57,203 bases of DNA, from positions 1 through 57,203 of IMG/VR virus record IMGVR_UViG_3300033153_006620; one strand, given 5' to 3'. Positions within the stretch are counted from its first letter, which is position 1. The number at the start of each line of letters is the position of its first letter. Shown here one piece after another: positions 51,621 through 57,203 of this stretch. This stretch comes from a virus. Under the pieces are notes generated by a model. That model worked only from the letters and a program-made list of their open reading frames with translations. It was not told the origin of the DNA and made no database searches. The position numbers and the translations under genes are program-made.

Positions 51621-52811
51621 TCACCCCTTTATCACAGCCAAGGGAGACAATTCAACGACAATTTCCACTAAGTCACTTTGATTTTCCATAACAGTAAATA
51701 TGTCTTTGTACGCCCCCGGAGCCTCATCCAAATTGGACTTATGCCGTATTCCATGAATTATACCTTGAGAATCTAAGATATGTTTTTCGTCTTCAAAATT
51801 AAGATTTTTAATAGCTTTGGTTCTACTCATTTTTCTACCGGCTCCGTGAGAACATGAATTAAATGATTCAGGGTTGCCTCTGCCTTTTGTTATATAGCTT
51901 TTAGTCCCTTGTGAGCCCGGTATTATTCCCAATTCCCCTTCACGAGCGGATGTAGCGCCTTTGCGATGTACAATAACATTCTTCCCAAAATGATTTTCAT
52001 ATTGTGCAAAATTATGATGTATGTTTATTTCCTTGTCAAAATCACAATCCAATATATCCGTAAAAGATTCTTTTATTTTATCCAACATTAATAGCCTGTT
52101 CGCATATGCAAATTCGAGAGCGTAATTCATGGCCTCTAAATATTCTTTAGATTCAGAGGTATCGATAGGGAGAAATGCAAGACCGTCATCACCTTTAAAA
52201 TCCGGTATATTCGAGAACCATTTTTTGCATAATTTCTGAGCTATTTTGTTGTATTCATTTGCTATTTTATAGCCAAAATTTCTTGAGCCAGAATGAACCA
52301 TTATCCATATAAACCCGTCAGATCCTCTCTGTATTTCGATAAAATGATTTCCGCCGCCCAACGTTCCCAATTGTTTCCGGGCCGATTTAATATTTTCATT
52401 GACTACTTTTATTAGTCCCGGATATCTTTCAAAACCCTTCCAGTATTGATCTTTTTTGTGGTGATTAAATCCTACCGGTATTTTCCCGCGAATACCGCCC
52501 TTGAATTCCGCAGATCCTCCCATTATTCCTTTAAGCTGCTCATTTGTTATTTCTGTCAGAGAGGTTTTCACGGCGCACATCCCACACCCGATATCCACAC
52601 CGACAGCGTTCGGGACTACTACATTTTCCGTAGCCATAACACCGCCTATTGGCATTCCATAACCCTGATGTGAGTCTGGCATGATAGCAATATGTCGAAA
52701 AACAAATGGAAGGTTGGCTAGATTTTTGGCTTGTTCTAAGGCCCCGGTTTCAATATCATTTAACCATAACTTTACGGGTAACTTTTCGGTATCTATGACA
52801 TATTCCATCAT
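51621..52811 (-). CDS. rtcB: RtcB-family RNA ligase (3'-phosphate/5'-hydroxyl)
   Basis: Full motif set: GVDIGCGM, GGGNHFIE, HSGSRNFG, HRKGAT, SCSHGAGR. GGAGG lies at the MMEY start; the exact start (52811 or 52808) is uncertain. Confidence 0.95.
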   Translation of the reverse strand: MMEYVIDTEKLPVKLWLNDIETGALEQAKNLANLPFVFRHIAIMPDSHQGYGMPIGGVMATENVVVPNAVGVDIGCGMCAVKTSLTEITNEQLKGIMGGSAEFKGGIRGKIPVGFNHHKKDQYWKGFERYPGLIKVVNENIKSARKQLGTLGGGNHFIEIQRGSDGFIWIMVHSGSRNFGYKIANEYNKIAQKLCKKWFSNIPDFKGDDGLAFLPIDTSESKEYLEAMNYALEFAYANRLLMLDKIKESFTDILDCDFDKEINIHHNFAQYENHFGKNVIVHRKGATSAREGELGIIPGSQGTKSYITKGRGNPESFNSCSHGAGRKMSRTKAIKNLNFEDEKHILDSQGIIHGIRHKSNLDEAPGAYKDIFTVMENQSDLVEIVVELSPLAVIKG

Positions 52812-52831
52812 ACCTCCATTTCTGATTTTTA

Positions 52832-52923
52832 CGGCAATCCCCAAAGGCATTCGTGCATGGCAGCCTAGACGGGGATTACCGCCGAAAATTATCAGACAGT
52901 TAATTGTTTGTTTGAGCCATGCA
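52832..52923 (-). promoter_or_regulatory. Structured 5' leader of rtcB with nested or competing inverted repeats
   Basis: 11-bp stem CGGTAATCCCC/GGGGATTGCCG (52881-52871 with 52842-52832, one G-U). Its loop carries GCCATGCA, complementary to TGCATGGC at 52923-52916. Confidence 0.5.
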
Positions 52924-52930
52924 TGATTGT

Positions 52931-52959
52931 ATTATATAAAACTATTATTCAGATTTCAA
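52931..52959 (-). promoter_or_regulatory. Sigma70-type promoter TTGAAA-N17-TATAAT for rtcB
   Basis: -35 at 52954-52959 and a perfect -10 at 52931-52936; near-duplicate of the 53126-53155 promoter. Confidence 0.65.
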
Positions 52960-52981
52960 GTAATTTGTTGGATTATTTGGG

Positions 52982-53114
52982 AGTGGCAGGCGGGAATTGA
53001 ACCCGCAACCTTTCGGGGCTATCGAAGTACTTGAAGTCCATGGCCTCGTTTCTTTGTTACCCTTTACTCTGGTCCGGCGCACTATCGGTTTGCAAACCTC
53101 ATGCGCGCTGCCAC
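52982..53114 (-). ncRNA. Oversized (133-nt) tRNA-like RNA: an intron-containing tRNA or a tRNA mimic
   Basis: The 7-bp acceptor-type pairing GTGGCAG/CTGCCAC abuts a canonical T arm GCGGG-TTCAATT-CCCGC. A promoter lies about 5-8 nt upstream. The body is 45-55 nt too long and no clean cloverleaf can be drawn by hand. Confidence 0.6.
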
Positions 53115-53125
53115 ATGTGTAATGT

Positions 53126-53155
53126 AATATACTAAAACTAATTCTCGGATTTCAA
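53126..53155 (-). promoter_or_regulatory. Sigma70-type promoter TTGAAA-N18-TATATT for the tRNA-like RNA
   Basis: -35 at 53150-53155 and -10 at 53126-53131; the -10 ends 11 nt before the acceptor 5' end. Confidence 0.6.
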
Positions 53156-53461
53156 GGGTTTTTCTATTAATTGCATAAGTTTTTTGTAAGGGCATGCATT
53201 AAACCCCAAAAGTGCCTTGAAACCACTGCAAAAAGTAGTGTTATTGAAGCACACTATGTTACCACATTTACCCGGATGTTTCATTTCACACACTATCACA
53301 TCTTTCGCATCCGGCAAGTCAGTTTCAACAGGATTAGCATTACTTATGCCTGCCGCAATCTCCAAATCCTCAACCCTCCGCTCTAAATAATCATGTTTGA
53401 CAAGGATTTTATCAAACCCAATTATCATGTTATTTACTCTATCGCTTAATGTTTCATCCAT
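53138..53461 (-). CDS. Hypothetical Cys-rich protein
   Basis: CEMKHPGKCGNIVCFNNTTFC..C. Confidence 0.55.
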   Translation of the reverse strand: MDETLSDRVNNMIIGFDKILVKHDYLERRVEDLEIAAGISNANPVETDLPDAKDVIVCEMKHPGKCGNIVCFNNTTFCSGFKALLGFNACPYKKLMQLIEKPLKSEN

Positions 53462-53499
53462 ATCATTCCTTTTATTAAATAAAGTTCATTTCAATTGTT

Positions 53500-53685
53500 T
53501 CACTTATTCTTAGCCAAGTACCACTCTTCAAATTGATCGATATGCAGGTGATCGAATAAGCATGTTTCACAATTGATACCTCCACATTTTCTTTTCTTGC
53601 AGTAATTGCCCCGTTTATTTTCAATATCAAAATTATCTCTTGGTTTCCTATCTGGTATTATCAGGTTTTTATATTTTCTCATCAT
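53500..53685 (-). CDS. Small Cys-rich protein (start moved to ATG 53685)
   Basis: CKKRKCGGINCETC. Confidence 0.5.
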   Translation of the reverse strand: MMRKYKNLIIPDRKPRDNFDIENKRGNYCKKRKCGGINCETCLFDHLHIDQFEEWYLAKNK

Positions 53686-53692
53686 TCCAATC

Positions 53693-53854
53693 CTAATCAA
53701 CAACAATCTCCCCACCGCAATAAGGACAGTATTTAAAATCCCATTTCGTTTTCGTTAGCTTTTTGTCGGGTTTAAAATTTCCATTTCCCCTCTTACCTAT
53801 TTCGCATGATATATTAAAATGTCCATCGAAAACTCTTGTCCATTTGCAATTCAT
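53693..53854 (-). CDS. Small zinc-ribbon-like protein (53 aa)
   Basis: MNCKW...C..(27)..CPYCGG; fills the gap between listed ORFs. Confidence 0.4.
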   Translation of the reverse strand: MNCKWTRVFDGHFNISCEIGKRGNGNFKPDKKLTKTKWDFKYCPYCGGEIVVD

Positions 53855-53910
53855 ATTTTCCTTATAGTTAATTCAAAAAGTGGCGAAAAGTGTTATGAAA
53901 AACGATGAAA

Positions 53911-54102
53911 TCAAGGGTGTAATTTCTTTTCCGCCTCTAAAATTTTACGAACCTTAACCGGTCCCATCTTCTTACACCAATCCCAGAGGCTTTCAGGCAT
54001 TTTAATACCGTAGAATATGGTTGGATCGCCTGGGGATAGTTGCGGCTTGTGACCTCTGTTTTCGGGGGTTATGCCTTTGATTTGATTCATTATTTTTTCC
54101 AT
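53911..54102 (-). CDS. Hypothetical protein
   Basis: Co-directional ORF. Confidence 0.5.
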   Translation of the reverse strand: MEKIMNQIKGITPENRGHKPQLSPGDPTIFYGIKMPESLWDWCKKMGPVKVRKILEAEKKLHP

Positions 54103-54103
54103 T

Positions 54104-54343
54104 TCATTTCTCTTCTGAAGTAATGGTATTTAAAAGATAAATAGCCTTATTTTCCCAACTCTTCCACTTTTCGTTCACCACTCCTTCAATCCATTTTTTA
54201 CTGTGCTCTCGTTTGTTTTCCCCTTGATAAAATTGTAAGCACAATTCCCTGGATAACACCTCTATTGGGCTTCTGATTTCGTCCATTGTGGGCCAGTCAA
54301 TTTTTCTCTTAAGAATCCTGACGTGTGTTCCTAATCTTTTCAT
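54104..54343 (-). CDS. Hypothetical protein
   Basis: Co-directional ORF. Confidence 0.55.
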   Translation of the reverse strand: MKRLGTHVRILKRKIDWPTMDEIRSPIEVLSRELCLQFYQGENKREHSKKWIEGVVNEKWKSWENKAIYLLNTITSEEK

Positions 54344-54381
54344 TTTATATATGTCCGTTCAAGAGGCTTGCGCCCCTTTCT

Positions 54382-54609
54382 TTAAATATCCATTCTTATG
54401 CGATACGCCATTTTACTGATTTCGCTATCCGTGTAAAATGCAGATTCTGAAGAATAAGTGATATCTACATTTCCGAAAACATTTATTCCCAAAACTTCTA
54501 AATCAGGATGACGGAGTTTGTATTCAGCTAATTGGTCGAGATTTATAGAGCAATTTGATTTAGTTTCTGCTATTTCCATTTTTTCCTCTTCTGTGTGATT
54601 GTTTAACAT
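54382..54609 (-). CDS. Hypothetical protein (start at 54609, or at 54579 after GAAGAGGAAAAA)
   Basis: First ORF after promoter 54616-54644. Confidence 0.5.
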   Translation of the reverse strand: MLNNHTEEEKMEIAETKSNCSINLDQLAEYKLRHPDLEVLGINVFGNVDITYSSESAFYTDSEISKMAYRIRMDI

Positions 54610-54615
54610 GCTCTA

Positions 54616-54644
54616 AATATATCACAATCGTTTAACTTTGTCAA
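54616..54644 (-). promoter_or_regulatory. Sigma70-type promoter TTGACA-N17-TATATT
   Basis: -35 at 54639-54644 and -10 at 54616-54621. Confidence 0.6.
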
Positions 54645-54694
54645 GCGGTATATTAATAAAAACGAAATCAATATGGCTGGAAATATTTTGGGGT

Positions 54695-55492
54695 TCATAA
54701 TAATTCCATCTTTTTATCATTTGTCTTTTCAAACATATCAAGCGTTTTATATTTCTGTTTGATATGTTTGTTAATCAGCTTTACAGACTCTTTGTAAAAA
54801 TCCTTTTTTATCTCGAATCCGTAAGTGGGCCGATTCAATTCATGAGCAGATATCAGAGAGATACCAGAGCCAGAAAGAGGATCTATCACAACTTCCCCTT
54901 CATCCGTGAATATATTTATCAGGTTTTTTATCACATGTATACTCTTTTGTGTGGGATGAATCTTTTCCGTTTCGGTATCTCTTTTCCAATCCATACAATT
55001 AAAAATCATCTTTCCCTTATTGTTAAACTTCGGGAGCTTATCACGGTAAAACAAGATAGCGTATTCACAGTTGCCAACTATTTTCATATTAGCTTTCAAG
55101 ACTTGAGCGGAAAAGTTTTTTCTGAACACTAAATTTATGTATCCATTCAAACCGTATTTTTTAGCTAATTCTATTAAAGAAAATTGCTGCATGAACTCAC
55201 AAAAGACAATCATACATGGAGCTTTACCTTTATCTTTAGGTTCTTTTCTCAACATTTTACTGCAAAAATGCATGAATTCGGAGGGTCGAAAATCTTTATC
55301 CGTGTCGAAAAATTCTTTGTTGGCTTTGTCGCTTTCGCCTTGCTTATTGTCACCATCTACATACCAACTTGGATTAGAAGCGTAAGCATTGTTGCCTAGG
55401 TTATAGGGTATATCTGCCAGGATTAACTGAGCCTTCGGTATCCCATAAACTTTGAAGTTCTGGTAATGGTCATTATAAAGTTTCACTTTCAT
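54695..55492 (-). CDS. DNA methyltransferase, beta-class N6-adenine/N4-cytosine type
   Basis: Motif IV ILADIPYNLG (DPPY variant) lies N-terminal to motif I VIDPLSGSGIS. Confidence 0.8.
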   Translation of the reverse strand: MKVKLYNDHYQNFKVYGIPKAQLILADIPYNLGNNAYASNPSWYVDGDNKQGESDKANKEFFDTDKDFRPSEFMHFCSKMLRKEPKDKGKAPCMIVFCEFMQQFSLIELAKKYGLNGYINLVFRKNFSAQVLKANMKIVGNCEYAILFYRDKLPKFNNKGKMIFNCMDWKRDTETEKIHPTQKSIHVIKNLINIFTDEGEVVIDPLSGSGISLISAHELNRPTYGFEIKKDFYKESVKLINKHIKQKYKTLDMFEKTNDKKMELL

Positions 55493-55499
55493 TTTTACC

Positions 55500-55585
55500 T
55501 CGAATCTTTTTTGTGGCTGTAGGTAGATTCGACAAGACCTACACTTGCGCCCAAGGGGACCACTTTGATAAACTATTTCGAATCT
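55500..55585. promoter_or_regulatory. Methyltransferase leader with three copies of TCGAATCT (direct-inverted-direct) and a 7-bp hairpin
   Basis: TCGAATCTTT at 55500-55509 and 55578-55587; inverted AGATTCGA at 55525-55532, inside the hairpin TGTAGGT/ACCTACA (55518-55543). Confidence 0.5.
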
Positions 55586-55598
55586 TTAAGTTTGTTGT

Positions 55599-55627
55599 AA
55601 TATAATCAATATTTATTTTTGTGTCAA
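55599..55627 (-). promoter_or_regulatory. Sigma70-type promoter TTGACA-N17-TATATT for the methyltransferase
   Basis: -35 at 55622-55627 and -10 at 55599-55604. Confidence 0.6.
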
Positions 55628-55688
55628 TACACTTTCACTTTCTTAATTTCCTTTACCATCATTTACCTCCAAATATTTCCTAACCATC

Positions 55689-55859
55689 TCATCTCCTCAC
55701 AGTTTTTAAAGTTTCCCAGATAAAGCAGTTTTCCGGGTTGCACACAATTTCACAATCTTCCTGCTTTTGTATGTCATGAACCGTCTTCATACAGTCATCA
55801 CCATCACGCCAAGCGCAGTATTTTTTCAGTGTTATGAATGATATTTGTCTGCGTTCCAT
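55689..55859 (-). CDS. Small Cys-containing hypothetical protein (56 aa)
   Basis: MERRQISFITLKKYCAWRDGDDC...; fills the gap between listed ORFs. Confidence 0.35.
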   Translation of the reverse strand: MERRQISFITLKKYCAWRDGDDCMKTVHDIQKQEDCEIVCNPENCFIWETLKTVRR

Positions 55860-55888
55860 ATTTAGCCTACTAGGTGGGGGAAGTACAT

Positions 55889-56410
55889 TTACGCTTTTGC
55901 TATTATTTTATTTTCAATGTCAAACATAAGTTCGATAGCATTTTCAGGTAAAATAATTCTATCCTTTTCTTTTCGGTAGTAGTCCAACGGATTTGCTTCA
56001 AATTTCATAGACATAGCAAACCAATCACAAAAATTATCTACTACATCAATATTACTCCAATTTGATTTGGTCCAATTCTGCCAATGATGTTTGTTATGAA
56101 GCTTATGATGACTCCAAGCATTTTCAAACTCATACGCAGCCCTGCCCGCTAATAATCGATTGTTCTTTTCAGCTTCAATTGGATAAAATTTTCCACGATA
56201 CGCGTTAAATTCGATATCAGATAGTTTTGATTTATCATGTTCTTTAATTGCCAAATCTAAAATAAAATATTTACTATCATCATATAAAAAATCCCATGGC
56301 CCGCCTTTGCCAATATCCTGTATTATTTTCCAGGCCTTTTGGACGTTTATATAATGCTCCTTTATGTATTTAAGGTATTCTTCAGTTTGACTTAACAGTT
56401 CTTCCATCAT
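55889..56410 (-). CDS. Hypothetical protein with His-rich motifs
   Basis: IKEHDKSK and WSHHKLHNKHHW; family not identified with confidence. Confidence 0.6.
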   Translation of the reverse strand: MMEELLSQTEEYLKYIKEHYINVQKAWKIIQDIGKGGPWDFLYDDSKYFILDLAIKEHDKSKLSDIEFNAYRGKFYPIEAEKNNRLLAGRAAYEFENAWSHHKLHNKHHWQNWTKSNWSNIDVVDNFCDWFAMSMKFEANPLDYYRKEKDRIILPENAIELMFDIENKIIAKA

Positions 56411-56480
56411 TATTTTTTCATAATTTCTCCTTAATTAATTGTTGGTTGTTTTTGTTTACCTCTGATGTTCATTAAACCCT

Positions 56481-56657
56481 TTATTGCGCTTCTTTTTGTG
56501 GTTCATCTTGACTTTCAGATAATTCTTTTTCAAGCATTTTGGCATACATTTTTATGTTAAAAACAAACATTTCATCCGACAAGCCGCCCATCAGTAAATC
56601 AACACACATTGATGCAATAGTTTCCACTGCTTTATTTATTTGTTTATTTCTCATCAT
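56481..56657 (-). CDS. Small hypothetical protein (58 aa)
   Basis: ATGATG start at 56657; co-directional gap filler. Confidence 0.35.
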   Translation of the reverse strand: MMRNKQINKAVETIASMCVDLLMGGLSDEMFVFNIKMYAKMLEKELSESQDEPQKEAQ

Positions 56658-56669
56658 TTCCCTTCCTTT

Positions 56670-56888
56670 TTATTTAAATGCTCCCACGAAATAGCACACC
56701 CCAAAATAAATAATCCATGCCAATAGAAATAGGATAAACCATAATATTTTAGAGCCTGACACATACACATCATAAAACATATCTGAATAATCATAATCAT
56801 AATGATGCTCGAATTTGCGCATCTTGTGCCGGCAGATCAACGTTATGAGCGCCGGTATTATCCAATATCCTATTTCGATTGTCATCAT
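56670..56888 (-). CDS. Small membrane protein with two predicted transmembrane helices
   Basis: IGYWIIPALITLICR and ILWFILFLLAWIIYFGVCYFVGAF. Confidence 0.55.
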   Translation of the reverse strand: MMTIEIGYWIIPALITLICRHKMRKFEHHYDYDYSDMFYDVYVSGSKILWFILFLLAWIIYFGVCYFVGAFK

Positions 56889-56906
56889 TTCCCTTCCGTT
56901 AAATTT

Positions 56907-57203
56907 TCAGCCTATTCTTTTATCGCAAATCGAAAGTAATATCTCTTTGTTTTCATCCCAAAATTTTAATGCGTTATAATCCATTTTTTCTATGCGAGAA
57001 TTCTTAAATTTTTTCCAGTTTTCAAAAGAATGAAATTCACATCCTATTTTCATATGTTCGTCAAATATGATAATATTCCAATGTAAGCCTAAAATTTGAA
57101 TGGGAGTTTCTTTTATAATTATTTTTTCGTCATTGGTCCCTCTCAAATCGGCCCCGCTCAAATCGGCCCCGCTCAAATCGGCCCCGCTCAAATCGGACCT
57201 GTT
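56907..57203 (-). CDS. Pentapeptide-repeat protein, C-terminal part (same gene as 1-408; 57090-57203 duplicates 1-114)
   Basis: ..GADLSGADLSGADLRG followed by an 80-aa non-repeat C-terminal domain; stop at 56907. Confidence 0.85.
   Translation of the reverse strand, partial: NRSDLSGADLSGADLSGADLRGTNDEKIIIKETPIQILGLHWNIIIFDEHMKIGCEFHSFENWKKFKNSRIEKMDYNALKFWDENKEILLSICDKRIG
57090..57203. repeat. Terminal direct repeat, identical to 1-114
   Basis: Base-for-base comparison. Confidence 0.95.

Noticed and set aside
52982-53114. tRNA 3' fragment serving as a phage attP core
   Set aside because: No integrase is present anywhere in the genome. A perfectly complementary 5' acceptor strand and a dedicated promoter are present, so an expressed RNA gene is more likely than an attachment-site remnant.

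Overview
The window is one complete genome of a tailed dsDNA phage. Bases 1-114 are identical to 57090-57203, so the unique length is 57089 bp and the map is circular or terminally redundant. It is AT-rich and tightly packed. All genes except a four-gene island (46969-48128) lie on the minus strand. Reading in the direction of transcription (high to low coordinates): (a) 57.2-48.3 kb holds early and accessory genes: a DNA methyltransferase, many small Cys-rich ORFs, an oversized tRNA-like RNA gene next to RtcB RNA ligase, a VRR-NUC nuclease and a lipoprotein. (b) 46.9-23.4 kb is a siphovirus-type morphogenesis operon: small and large terminase, a portal-MuF fusion, prohead protease, HK97-fold capsid, head-tail proteins, major tail protein, G/GT chaperone with a -1 frameshift site, an 811-aa tape measure, distal tail proteins, a 1382-aa central protein, and a fibre translationally coupled to a glycosyltransferase. 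(c) 23.1-13.7 kb is a self-contained cassette of glycosyltransferases, SAM methyltransferases and one radical-SAM enzyme. (d) 13.5-0.4 kb holds a ParB-like/PAPS-reductase-like pair, a recombination module, ribbon-helix-helix regulators and DnaC-like plus organizer-like replication genes. A pentapeptide-repeat gene made of 19 tandem 15-bp units spans the window junction. Ten promoters match the bacterial sigma70 pattern (TTGACA/TTGAAA-N17/18-TATAAT-like), which argues for a bacterial host. I found no integrase, repressor or recognisable endolysin. The best candidates for new biology are the glyco/methyl/radical-SAM cassette, the tRNA-like RNA with RtcB, the HslV-like protease island and the pentapeptide-repeat protein. 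All function calls come from motifs read by eye; no database search was run.
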